From Octopus sinensis (lineage: Eukaryota), in contig NC_042998.1 in the NCBI RefSeq assembly GCF_006345805.1, forward strand, positions 178,312,001 through 178,376,000: a stretch of 64,000 bases of DNA. The letters are read 5' to 3'. A model generated the notes under the pieces. That model was not told where the DNA came from. It did not search any database and was given only the letters and a program-made list of their open reading frames with translations. Shown here piece after piece: positions 1-13,459 of this stretch. The position numbers and the translations under genes were made by a program. The number at the start of each line of letters is the position of its first letter. Within the stretch, counting starts at the first letter, position 1.

Positions 1-611
<611 letters not shown>

Positions 612-651
612 GATAAATCTCAGAGCGAGTTATAAACAGTAGCAGCAACAC

Positions 652-937
<286 letters not shown>

Positions 938-1159
938 TCAAACATGGCTAAACAACAACAACTCCTAGACAATGAAAAATAAAGTCGACATTATCAGGAT
1001 TCGAACTCAGAACGTAAAGGGGCATAACTAAATACTGTAATGCATTTTGTATTCGATATACATACATATGCATGCTAATAATATTTGATGTATCATTCAT
1101 AATAATATCTCTTCTCTTTCAATTTCTGTTATTACCTGCTCTCATTTCTGTACTTCCAG

Positions 1160-1241
1160 GAAACGAGGTGATCGGTCTTACGGGATGCAATTTTCACCAT
1201 ATAAAGAAATATATTCGGCAAAACTCCCTAGAAGATTTACT
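1160..1241 (+). other. Candidate internal exon of an unidentified + strand transcript
   Basis: Long pyrimidine tract ending TTTCTGTACTTCCAG and a GTAAGT donor. 82 nt, two open frames, no recognisable protein. Confidence 0.35.
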
Positions 1242-1597
1242 GTAAGTAATAATTTCATTATTCTTCTCCTCTGACCTAATTTGTCACATCTTCCAAGTTC
1301 GGGAGTTTACATAACCAAACCTGTGCAGAAGACCCACCACACATCAATTCGGTTTTTAGGCAACCTTCCTTCTGCTGCCGGTTAAAACTAAACGGAAAAA
1401 ACACTTTATTGGTCTCTTCCTAGTAATTACATCATGTACACAGTACCTACATGTAAAGGCGTGGCTGTGTAGTTAAGAAGCTCGCTTTGCAACTACGTAG
1501 TTTCGGGTTCAGTCCCATTGCGCGGCATCTTTTGCGAATGAATTTGGTAGATGGAAACTATAAGGAGGCCCGTAGTATATATATATATATACTTATA

Positions 1598-1990
1598 GGC
1601 GCAGGAGTGGCTGTGTGGAAAGTAGCTTGCTAACCAACCACATGGTTCCGGGTTCAGTCCCACTGCGTGGCATCTTGGGCAAGTGTCTTCTGCTATAGAC
1701 CCGGGGCGACCAATGCCTTGTGAGTGGATTTGGTAGATGGAAACGGAAAGAAGCCCGTCGTATATATGTATATATATGCGTGTGTGTGTGTGTCTGTGTT
1801 TGTCCCCCTAGCATTGCTTGACAACCGTTGCTGGTGTGTTTATGTTCCCGTCACTTAGCGGTTCGGCAAAAGAGACCGATAGAATAAGTGCTGGGCTTAC
1901 AAAGAATAAGTCCCGGGGTCGATTTGCTCGACTAAAGGCGGTGCTCCAGCATGGCCGCAGTCAAATGACTGAAACAAGTAAAAAGAGAGA
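1598..1990 (+). mobile_element. tRNA-derived SINE family A, full length
   Basis: Head with A-box-like TGGCTGTGTGG and B-box GGTTCAGTCCC, CTTGGGCAAGT core, internal (TA)n(TG)n, tail GACTGAAACAAGTAAAAGAG. Many near-identical copies in the window. Confidence 0.9.
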
Positions 1991-2342
1991 GAGTTATCTT
2001 TTAGTTTGATATTTAATTTACCGATCTCTTTTGACGAACGACACAAACCGACACCAGTTGTCAAGAAGTATGGGGAATAAAAATAAACTCATAATCTTAC
2101 ACACGCACAAATATATATGTATATGTACATAGATATATGTACATAGATATATACATACATACATACATACATACATACATACATACATACATACATACAT
2201 ACATACATACATACATACATACATACATACACTAGATAATATTTTCACATTGATATTTTCAGTCGCATATTTTTTGGGGGAGGACGCCCAATATTGAATT
2301 GCAAAATTCTAATGTGATATTTGTGTAATAACGAAATTATAC

Positions 2343-2376
<34 letters not shown>

Positions 2377-2383
2377 TGTGTGT

Positions 2384-2451
<68 letters not shown>

Positions 2452-3956
2452 ATATTACAGACACAGTGTGTGTTTATATTAGAGCGACAGTGTGTGTGAG
2501 AGAGAGAACATTGCAAACAATTATGAAATAGACGTGAAATGAAAAAAAGATAGTATATATCCGAATATTAAAATTTGTGAACTTGAAATATTCAAAAATA
2601 AAAGGAAGTTCAGAAAGTAAACTTTCCTGAAAACTTCAGTTTATGAAAAATCTTAATTACTTAGTAAATATTTCTTTCAGTAATTTATTGTACTTGTAAT
2701 ACATCTCTAATTTAAACAACCTTCAAGGTAACCTAACTACGTTTGGCGTGCTAGAATTAGCAGCGATCACATAGTTATTATGGCGTTTCAAACAGCTATA
2801 CCAACAAAATCACTTTTTTTATTTTTCAATTATACCGGTATATTAAGAAATTTTCATTTTATCAAAAATATTCATTTAATAAACTCTGGAAACTGATATC
2901 ATCATAAGCCTCAAAGTTATACAGCTATTTTGTCTAATAGCATTCATTCATTCAATAAATAATTTTTTTGAATTACGTATATAGAATAAACTATGGGTTT
3001 TGTAAATAGCGAATTAAAACTTGAAATGAAAACATTGAAATTGATAAATTATCATTTATGAAAACAGAGGTGAGAGAGATTGAGAGACTGTTGCAAATGA
3101 AAACGGAAAATTTCGCCTGCAACGAGTATTGTTTATTAAATAGACTGTGAAGCTTTTAATAATTGCTTTTCTTTTAGTAACTGTTACATACCTAATTAAT
3201 AAGCAGCTTTCTCTATTATAATGTAGATACACACACACACAGTGTATATCTTTGTGACTGTTTGTATCCCATACTGATTCGCAACCGGTGTTGGCTTGTT
3301 TACATCCCCTTAACTTAGCAAGTCGTCAAAAGAAAGCGGCAAATTGTGTCAGTGAAAAATAAGTTCTTAGGACGATTTTTTCCACTAAAACTCTCCAAGG
3401 TGGTGCCAAGTATGACCGCAGTCCAGTGACTGAAACGAGTAAAAGATGAGATATTCAGATGACTCATGCATAAATCGTGTAATATTTGATGAGTAGTTTG
3501 AAATGGAGCCTACATTACATACATAGTCTTCACATGCTATGAGTGAAAATAGGACCTACATTTCACAACTGGCCTAGGCTTATTAGCAGCTTCTCGCGGG
3601 CCCGCATGTCCCGCTTGTGTTACCACATAATATAACAGGCAATGAGCCTCTGTTATCAGAAGCTACAGTATCTTCTCCCATACAGCTACACCTTTCTGAG
3701 CATCTGTCACCAGACAACGTTTTCTGAGTATATACCACGTTGCCATTAGCTTCGTGTATTTAATTATTATACAGCTCACCATTTATTACATTCCAGAATA
3801 ACGTACCGTTTTAAAAACAAAAACACACACTGGATTTTGTAATCATAGTTTTACTCTGTCTGAAAAAAGAAGGCTAATGGTCAGGCCTAAAATGCTTTTG
3901 ATCATTAGTCTATTTAATCAGAGCAGGCCTGTGCCTAAAGAACTACAACTGTTCAA

Positions 3957-4357
3957 TACCTATTTCTTTATTACCCACAAGGGGCTAAACATAGAGTGGA
4001 CAAACAAGGACAGACATAGGTATTAAGTCGATTACATCGACCCCAGTGCGTAACTGGTACTTAATTTATCGACCCCGAAAGGATGAACGGCAAAGTCGAC
4101 CTCGGCGGAATTTGAACTCACAACGTAACGACAGACGAAATACCTATTTCTTTATTACCCACAAGGGGCTAAACACAGAGCGGACAAACAAGGACAGACA
4201 TAGGTATTAAGTCGATTACATCGACCCCAGTGCGTAACTGGTACTTAATTTATCGACCCCGAAAGGATGAACGGCAAAGTCGACCTCGGCGGAATTTGAA
4301 CTCACAACGTAACGACAGACGAAATACCGCTAAGCATTTCGCCCGGCGCGCTAACGT
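3957..4357 (-). mobile_element. SINE family B (Nin/Deu-domain-like), head-to-tail dimer
   Basis: GTCGACTTTGCC.TTCATCCTTTCGGGGTCGATAAATTAAGTACC domain present twice in ~185 bp tandem units. Confidence 0.85.
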
Positions 4358-5152
4358 CGTTGGATGATAGGAGCGATTTAGCAGATAGCTAAATTCATAG
4401 CAGGACCGGTCGACTCTACTTTTCATTACACAGAGATGAAGAGAATAAATCACAGTCTATTATCGAAGTTAATCTAGTGAACCTATTCTCCTTCAAAATT
4501 CATGTAGTCAAACCAAATTTAGAGATTAAATTAGCACGTCAATGTTTATTGCCGAGCTTTTTGGTGTGTGTGATTTCATGCAGTGTTTTGTTATCAATCG
4601 TTTTTCATTGTTATTACTCTGACACTGTCGCTTGTAAGAGAACCTACAGCATCTAATCAAAAGAGGCAATGGGAGTGCCTCTATGTAGACGCTCGATATG
4701 CAAGAAACAGCAATCAAATCTACCTCGAATCTACCACTAATCATGGTTGGAATGGATTTTGATCATAGGTATTTCAGCTTTATCCAAGGCTGATCTTAAG
4801 TTAAACAACTACTTTTTAATCTCTCATACATAGTTACGTTACAGCAGCATGAGCTGCGTTACGTAAGTTTCATTTGCTACAGCTACTTTCCTCATTGTTA
4901 ACAAAAAATTAACCTGGTGATATGACGAGACAATGGGGTGGACTACATTTGTCAGTATAGTCCCATATATACGTAAGTAAACGTTATTGGTGCGACGGCT
5001 TAAACAGCAACCAAAATCCAAGGACAGTGGTGGTGGTGAACATCGTTGGTAAAATTCATTTAGCAAAAGTCACAAATTTATATGTTTGTGCGACGATAAG
5101 ATTATTACAGATGGTATGAGGGTAGCTTCATAACTGGTACTTATAATGCTGT

Positions 5153-5540
5153 GGAGGCGCAATGGCCCAGTGGTTAGGGCAGCGGACTCGCGGTCGTAGG
5201 ATCGCGGTTTCGATTCCCAGACCGGGCGTTGTGAGTGTTTATTGAGCGAAAGCACCTAAAGCTCTACGAGGCTCCGGCAGGGGATGGTGGTGAACCCTGC
5301 TGTACTCTTTCACCACAAATTTCTCTCACTCTTTCTTCCTGTTTCTGTTGTACCTGTATTTCAAAGGGCCGGCTTGTCACTCTCTGTGTCACGCTGAATA
5401 TCCCCGAGAACTACGTTAAGGGTACACGTGTCTGTGGAGTGCTCAGCCACTTACACGTTAATTTCACGAGCAGGCTGTTCCGTTGATTCGGATCAACCGG
5501 AACCCTCGTCGTCGGAACCGACGGAGTGCTTCCAATCCAA
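5153..5540 (+). mobile_element. tRNA-derived SINE family C with 14-bp TSD
   Basis: Head with TGGCCCAGTGG and GGTTTCGATTCCC boxes. TSD ACTTATAATGCTGT at 5139-5152 and 5541-5554. Confidence 0.92.
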
Positions 5541-5655
5541 ACTTATAATGCTGTTAGCTCCTCGAAAGAGCTTCTACGAGGCTGGGCTGAAAAATTCATA
5601 GACTGACTATGAAGGAGTGACACTAGAAATGTGAAATCTTGCATGCATTAATTTC

Positions 5656-6076
5656 GGCATAACTACAGATTTCTGCCCCCATCCCACGATGATGGATGAT
5701 CATAACTTTCAGAAAAATGGATATTTTTTTATGAAATTTTCTACGAATATGAGTTATATCATGTAGATTCCGAATATACAAAATTTTTTGGGGGGAAAGT
5801 GTTTTAGGAGTGGGTGGGGCGGGGCATTTTGGAAAATTCACCGGAGTTCACTTCAATTCGTCTTAATTTTCAAGGAAACGGATATTTTTTTTATGAAATC
5901 CTCTACAAATAGGCGCAGGAGTGGCTGTGTGGTAAGTAGCTTGCTAACCAACCACATGGTTCCGGGTTCAGTCCCGCTGTGTGACATCTTGGGCAAGTGT
6001 CTTCTGCTATAGCCCCGGACCGACCAATGCCTTGTGAGTGGATTTGGTAGACAGAAACTGAAAGAAGCCTGTCGTA

Positions 6077-6123
<47 letters not shown>

Positions 6124-7352
6124 TTGTGTGTCCGTGTTTGTCCCCTTAGCATTGCTTGACAACTGATGCTGGTGTGTTTACGTCCCCGTCACTTGTCGGT
6201 TCGGCAAAAGAGACCGATAGAATAAGTACTGGGCTTTCAAAGAATAAGTTCCGGGGTCGATTTGCTCGACTAAAGGCGGTGCTCCAGCATGGCCGCAGTC
6301 AAATGACTGAAACAAGTAAAAGAGTAAAAAAAAAAGAGTATGTGTGTGTGCGTGTCCTTTATACAAATCCACAATTTGACAAACAAGTAAAAGAGTAAAA
6401 AGAGTAAAGAGTACATATACCTCGGACTATGTAAATTCTGAAGACATAGGAAATTGGGGGAAAACAATAAGGAGTTATTTTTGAGAAATATTCCCCACTC
6501 GGGGGTGTTTCGGAACAAGTCGTCCATATTTGTTTCATTTTCTCCGTTTTGTGCGTTTCTGCATTCGTAGATTTTTACTGAAGCAGCAAACAGGCAATGA
6601 AGGCAAATGAAGCCCTCGCCAGAAAACCCGTTATGCTAAAAATAACAGCTAAAGTTCTGGTACACAGAAATATGTTATTAAGACGACTTATCTGTTGCAT
6701 ACGATTTTTTTTTTCACTTTAAGAAAATTCCCAGGTAAACGTTTCTAATAGAAAGGCAGAAGACACCAGAAGCAAAACTAAAGAATATACACGCACAGTT
6801 AAATATAGAAGTGTAAGGAATAATTTGTTACATAATCTCTATAATAAACATAATACTGAATGGAATAACTCCCCGTTTGAACTTTTTTTAATTACATGTG
6901 CATGTGCATGTGTGTGTGTGTGTGTGTGCGTGTGTGTGTTTTGGTAGAAATCTACGGATGCACAAACGCACAAAACGGAGAAAATGAAACAAATATGGAC
7001 GACTGGTTCCGAAATAATCCCGAGTGGGGAACAGTTCTCAAATATAATTCCCAATTGTTTTTCCCAAAACTCCTATGTCCTCGGAATCTAAATAGCCCAA
7101 GGTATATTCGTAGAGAATTTCATTTAAAAATATCCATTTTCTTGAAAGAGAGACGAATTGAAGTGGACTCCGGTGAATTTTCCAAAATTCCCCACCCCCA
7201 CCACCTCCTAAAATACTTTCCCAAAAAAATTTTGTATATTCGGAATCTACATGATATAACACATATTCGTAGAAAATTTCATTAAAAAAATATCCATTTT
7301 TCTGAATTATGATCATCCAAAGTTGGTGGAAGCAGAAATCTGTAGTTATGCC
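5656..7352. mobile_element. Non-autonomous foldback DNA transposon with ~400-bp TIRs and 8-bp TSD
   Basis: Termini GGCATAACTACAGATTTCTGC / GCAGAAATCTGTAGTTATGCC. TSD TTAATTTC/TTAATTCC. Left arm 5656-5910 + 6411-6580 mirrors right arm 6941-7352. Confidence 0.85.
5912..6413 (+). mobile_element. SINE family A nested in the left TIR of the foldback element
   Basis: Near-identical to 1598-1990; tail partly duplicated. Confidence 0.9.
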
Positions 7353-8129
7353 TTAATTCCAACTCTCCTTACATTATTTCTTTCCAGTTAAACTGACATG
7401 TGACTGTTCAAAGTAGACTCAAAAGCATATAGAAGTGACTTCTCCTGAAAATGAGCAAAATTTGGCATCGTAGTGTTATCAAGAACCTGCAGAAAGAGTT
7501 TATCTCCCACCCCCATAACATTCATGCTGATATGGTTGCAACATTAGACAATTACGCTCTAGTTTTACGAACAGTACAAAAGTTGGTGGCTGAATTTAGG
7601 AAGTGAAGGGAAAATTTTGAAGAAGACTCAAGGTTTGGACATCCTGCAACTGTCACCATCAAGGAAAACATTGACCGTATTCACCATATGCTGATGAATG
7701 ACAGGCGATTCAAATAGCTAATGTTGTTAGCATAACCCGTAAGAGATTGGAGAATATTTTGTACAATGAACTTGGCTTTACGAAGGTGTGTGCCACGTCT
7801 TCTGATACCTGATCAAAAGCGCACCAGGTTGACCACATCATGGGATAATCTAACATTGTTTCAAGCAGATCCAGCTAATTTCCTTGAACATTTCCTAAGC
7901 CAGGATGAATGTTGGGCTCATCACTTTGAGTCAGAGACAAAGTGGAAACACACTTTCATCACCTGCTCCAAAAAAAGCCAAGGTCGTTTCATCTGCAGGG
8001 AAGTTAATGTCCTCAGTTTTGTGTGGACGCAAAAGGCGTGTGTTTGTTGTCTTCAAAAGGGCCACACCATCAATGGAGAGTATTGTGCCAATATGATGAG
8101 ACTTGTTTCAACAGAACAATGCATGCATG

Positions 8130-9322
8130 TTTAAAACTCTTCCTAAAGAATATCAGTTCAGGTAATATCTATATTTTACATAAAGATTTGCATATGTCTT
8201 TTGTTCATGTGTCCATTGTTTCGTTCGACTATAACAGATTTGTTAACAAACAGGGTGTCGAAAGCAAAAAGTGACCAGATTGTCGCTTTGAAAACAATTG
8301 GCATGAGCAAAAAGAACATAAAGCAGTTGAAGGCGTGCCGTAAAATAGTGTTCAATACCTGGAAACGTTATATGGAGTCCGTTACTATCTCTAGAAAGCG
8401 AATTGCTGGTAGGAAACGATCAGTTTGTACCAAACAAACAGTTGAAACTGTGAAGAAATGAATGAGCCGAAATCTCCGCTTGAGTGCAGGAAAAACTACA
8501 AAAGGATTTTTAAAGAGGATTTAAAGCCAACTGAATACAAGAAACAATTCTGGTAGTTGATTTCAGCAGCTTCCAAGAAGCAACGGCTCGACATGTTAGG
8601 TAAGATGAAACGCGCCACTAACAAAGCGTTGATCTGGTCCGACAAGATCTTCCCCGTTGAGGCAGTTACTAACAGGCAGAAGGACAGGCTTTATGCACGT
8701 AATGCAGGAGACTTGCTCGAAGGTAGCAGGAGTCGTTTACGCCATCAGCTTCACTCGTGGTGCAAGCCGCAGTTGCATTTGATGGGTCAGAGTCTCCCTT
8801 GATCTTTATCGTCAAGGTCAACAGCGAAGTTTATGTGGAAATGTTGGATGAGAAATTGTTACCTGGGTCACAGAAACCTTTGGTGACCGTTACATCTTCA
8901 CTCAAGATGGAGCTCCGGCCCACATATCCAATTTGACACAGAGATGGTGCAAAGCGTATTTCAGTCGTTTTGGGGGCAATATGACCTCCCTTAAGTCCAA
9001 ACATCAATCCCACAGACTTTGTTATCTGGCCCATCTTAGAGAGCATTGCTTCTGCAGGTTCCATTTCAAATGTGTCAGACCTGAAGCTCTTCTAGTTTAA
9101 TGAGTCAAGTTGGATGCAGGGGTGGTACAGCGCTTGTGCAACTCAGTGACTACTCGTTTGCATGCTAAGATCAAAGCAAAAACGGATAATTTTGAAATGT
9201 AATTACTCCAATGAATTGATAATTTACATTAGAACGTGTGTGTCTAACGTGTGTGCCAAACGTGTGTGTTTGTTTTGAATAATTAAGAAATATCAATGGG
9301 TAAATCTTTCTGGGACACCTTG
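8130..9322 (+). pseudogene. Decayed maT/DD37D-like (Tc1/mariner superfamily) transposase with right TIR
   Basis: HTH ..TWKRYMES..RKRIAGRKRSVCT. IWSDKIFPVEAVTNRQKDRLYA, YIFTQDGAPAH and SPNINPTDFVIW motifs across frames. Ends TTTCTGGGACACCTTG+TA. Confidence 0.85.
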
Positions 9323-9359
<37 letters not shown>

Positions 9360-9861
9360 AAGCCCGCAGAACTTCTGAAGTTCGCAACTGATTTTATCCA
9401 AACTGGGAATATATATTACTTAAGTTCCAGAGGTGGTTTTAGACTTTTAAAATTTTTCACATAATGAGTAATGGGACCCCTGGGGGCAGAAAACCCCATT
9501 TCCTGAGGTACGTACGACTTCCTACATGGCCTATGCATTACTTTCGTTCAAACTGGTAAAAACAGCTACTAAAATTATATAAGCAGGTTGTATTAAATGG
9601 ATGAGCAAATGTAGGCTTCAGACTGCGTTGTCTAAGTGGTAGCAATAATAGCCTGTTCCCGTAGTGCCATATGTAGCAATAATAGGCTGTTCCCGTAGTA
9701 CCATATGTAGCAATTTGTTGGAATAAAAACCGTTTGGAACGCACTATGCTTATTATGAAAGATAAATTCAATGCTGAGCAACTATTCAAATATTTTCTTT
9801 TACCTTCAGTATCAAATTCCTCAGCTTTTGATTACAAACCAAAATATCGGATGTATATTAA

Positions 9862-10676
9862 TCTACTAATTTATAATGTCTAAGACCCAACCACGTTAGT
9901 TAGAGACCATGTCCTTAATGTGCCCGGACGCTACTTGCAAAATTGTTTTCGTTTGGGAGATGAGTTGTCCTCACAATGGTCACACGCTGTTTACGCGAGT
10001 GAGTGCACGGTTGAGCCATGACTATTGATTTCCAACCATGTCAGCAACCCAACGTCACGTGACCCAACCGTGTTTGTTAGGGACCGTGTCCTTAATGTGA
10101 CTTTGCGTACCTCGACGTTGCATTCAGAATTGTTTTCGTTTGGGAGCTGGGTTGTCCCCACAATGGTCGCACGCTGTTTACGCGAAGTGGTGCACGGTTG
10201 AGCCAACACTATTGATTCCAAACCGAAATATCGCATGACAGTATTGTTTTCAAGTGCTTCCTTGCCAATCCACCACACACACACCACGTCATTTCTTTCA
10301 TGTAGATTTCTCCAATGTGGTACTGCTGAGCGCGCCCACGGGCTTAATTTATCACATAGATGTAGTTCCTATATCTGCTGATAGTTCAGTGTGGTAGCGG
10401 CAGCGCCGACAGCCGCAAAGGAGAGTATATCCACTGAGAGCTTTTTGCTGCGTTCAAAAATCACATACTTCCACCCACTTTTCCATGACATGGTTAACGC
10501 CTGGAATCTTTCAAACAGATGCATGACATGTCACTTAGTCGAATCAGCCCTTCATTTACTCCACAAATGCTTTGTCGTCAATGCTACTTTCCCTGTATCA
10601 CATGTTTCAACTTAGCAATACCATATATACAAACTATGCCATTTGAATCCCAAGCAACGCAGGATATGTCTGCTAG
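9862..10676 (+). mobile_element. Probable non-autonomous Helitron with internal ~150-bp direct repeat
   Basis: 3' end CCCAAGCAACGCAGGATATGTCTGCTAG|T resembles the other Helitron ends here. Possible 5' A|TCTACTAAT (5' boundary uncertain). 9885-10035 repeats at 10063-10220. Confidence 0.5.
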
Positions 10677-11692
10677 TAATTAGATAAACTTAGTTTTAAA
10701 AATATCAACAATTGTAGATATGGGTAGGTACGCCTATATTGTTAAGCTCGTTGCTTTGCAACCATGCGGTTTCGAGTTCAGATCTACTGCGTAGAAACTT
10801 GAACAAACGTCTTCTACTATAGCCCAGGACCGACCAATGCCTTGTGAGATAATTTGATAGACGGTAACTTATAGAAGCCTGTCGTGTATGTGTGTATGTG
10901 TCTTTGTATTTGTCCCCGCCACCATTGCTTCACAATTGATGTTGGTTTGTTTACGTTCCTGTAACTTAGCTGTTCGGCACAAAAGACCAGTAGAATAAGT
11001 ACCAGACTTCAAAACAAAAAACGAGCTAGGATCGACTTGTTCAACCAAAACCTTCAATGCGGTGTCTCAGTATGGTTGCAGTCCAATGGTTAAAACAAAC
11101 AAAAAAAAATTAAATTATACCAACTGGGGCATGCCGTCTCGGTAAGCAAACCAGGTAGTTCCTACCCAAACATGATACAATTAAATACAGAAAAAATAAT
11201 CAAGGATTTTTACTTATTAAACGCTAAAAATCACATGACTCGACAGTTCCGGCGCCCGTACCCGACGAATTTCATCTTAGTACAGAAGTCTTCTGTGCTT
11301 TTGGTATCGTACGTATGTATGAGACGCCCTCTCAAAGCTAATGACGCAGTATTCAGCGCTCTAATAATACATCTACGTTTAGTAGGATATAAAGATTGCC
11401 TTTTCGTATTAATATACTGCTCCATCGCTAATATTTATTTGCTAATTTAATGTATGGGAACCAGTGAATTATTCAGTAAATGGTTGCAGTTAAAAACAAT
11501 TTCTGCTGTCTTTCGAGTTAGTTACAAATATTATGCGTACTCCAGTTAAATCATCAAGTGTTATACGTTCAGCTAAATACATTTAAAAAGAGTTTGTCTT
11601 GGAGGAAAACAGAATTCAGCCTCGGTTCTGTATCACTACAATGTACGTGCGTGTGTACTACATTGCGTGTGTGTTTAACTATTGATCTAATT

Positions 11693-12070
11693 TACTCTTT
11701 TACTTGTTTCACTCATTTGACTGCGGCCATACTGGAGCACCGCCTTTAGTCGAGCAAATCGACCACAGAACTTATTCTTCGTAAGCCTAGTACTTATTCT
11801 GTCGGTCTCTTAGGCCGAATCGCTAAGTTACAGGGACGTAAACACGCCAGCATCGGTTGTCAAGCAATGCTAGGGGGACAAACACAGACACACAAACACT
11901 CACGCATATATATATATACATATACACATATACGACAGGCTTCTTTCAGTTTCCGTCTACCAAATCCACTCACTAGGCTTTAGTCGGCCCGAGGCTATAG
12001 TTGAAGATACTTGCCCAAGGTGCCACACAGTGGAACTGAACCCGGAACCATGTGGTTAGTAAGCAAGCCA
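11693..12070 (-). mobile_element. SINE family A
   Basis: Reverse complement of the family A sequence. Confidence 0.88.
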
Positions 12071-12383
12071 CTTTATTTCATCAAATTTGTCATGAAGACA
12101 GTACATAGAGTAAAGTAGCTTTGCGGGCTGGACAAGACATTAATGAATTGAATGATAACGATACGAGAATGATAAAGATAGGAAAAGACAGAAAGCGCCC
12201 TCTGCTTCTCTATAACATTGATCTTTAACAACACGAGGCAATGAACTTCTTACCATTTCTCTAAACTGACAACAATATTAATCATTATACAAATATGAAA
12301 ATATATTTACCACACAGCCACTAAATTTAATTTCATGCGAATCAAATAGTAATGATAAATGTGTGTGTGTGTGTGTGTGTGTG

Positions 12384-12418
<35 letters not shown>

Positions 12419-12790
12419 TGTGTGTGTGGTGTGTGTGTGTGTGTGTGTGCATGCAAATACAACGGTATAAAAAGGCAAAAATATTTATCAATATTATATA
12501 TAACTACGTTCATGTTTGCTTACGCGTATTTGTTCAGAAGCGTACGCGGGTACAACTCGACTTTATTCCTGTAGATGTACTACTGCCAACACTTTCTTTT
12601 AATTAGAGTTTGTCAATAATAGGAATCTTATCCATATTGACGTTTATAATTAATATGGCGATCTGACAGAATCGTTTCCGCGTCGGACAAAATGCCGCTA
12701 AACCCGTAACCATTCTTTACGTTCTGAGTTCAAATTTCGCCACAATCGACTTTGCTTTTCATCCTTTCGGATTCGATAAAATAAATACCA

Positions 12791-12955
12791 GGCGCAGGAG
12801 TGGCTGTGTGGTAAGTAGCTTGCTAACCAACCACATGGTTCCGGGTTCAGTCCCACTGCGTGGCATCTTGGGCAAGTGTCTTCTGCTATAGCCTCGGACC
12901 GACCAAAGCCTTGTGAGTGGATTTGGTAGACGGAAACTGAAAGAAGCCTGTCGTA

Positions 12956-13018
<63 letters not shown>

Positions 13019-13226
13019 CTGTGTTTGTGTGTCTGTGTTTGTCCCCCTAGCATTGCTTGACAACCGATGCTGGTGTGTTTAAGTCCCCGTCACTTAGCGG
13101 TTCGGCAAAAGAGACCGATAGAATAAGTACTAGGCTTACAAAGAATATGTCCCGGGGCCGATGTGCTCGACTAAAGGCGGTGCTCCAGCATGGCCGCTGT
13201 CAAATGACTGAAACAAGTAAAAAGAG
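12791..13226 (+). mobile_element. SINE family A inserted into an older Nin-domain SINE (12655-13285)
   Basis: Host SINE breaks at ATAAATACCA and resumes CTGGGGTCGA; ACCA lies on both sides. Confidence 0.88.
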
Positions 13227-13459
13227 ACCACTGGGGTCGACATGATCAACTAAACCTCACCCTTGAAATTGCTGGCCTTGTGCTAAAATTTGAAACCAAT
13301 AATATATGTGATAACGTTTATGTTTGCTTACGTACGTATATTTGTTTAGAAGTGTACGTAGATATAACTCAATTCCTGTAGATGTACTATACAGCCAACA
13401 CTCTGTTTTAATAAAACTTGGTCAATAATAAAAATCTTTTTATTGGTGTTTATCTATTA

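Larger units (their letters stand above)
5577..8105 (+). pseudogene. Decayed mariner (DD34D-type) transposon, interrupted by a foldback element, 3'-truncated
   Basis: TA+CGAGGCTGGGCTGAAAAATTCATAG left TIR. From 7451: IHADMVATL..TVQKLVAEFR, EEDSRFGHP, CVPRLL (WVPRLL motif), QDECWAHH (first catalytic D), PKKAKVVSSAGKLM, GHTINGEY; frameshifts present. Confidence 0.88.

Noticed and set aside
1593-2009. Recurrent 'GTEPGTMWLVSKLL' and 'MTTDAGVF..AKETDRIS' ORFs at several loci, resembling a gene family
   Set aside because: Incidental frames in SINE family A copies.
5153-5225. tRNA-like sequences at SINE heads (also 17420-17460, 40462, 58242)
   Set aside because: A/B boxes continue into SINE bodies with TSDs; no complete cloverleaf.
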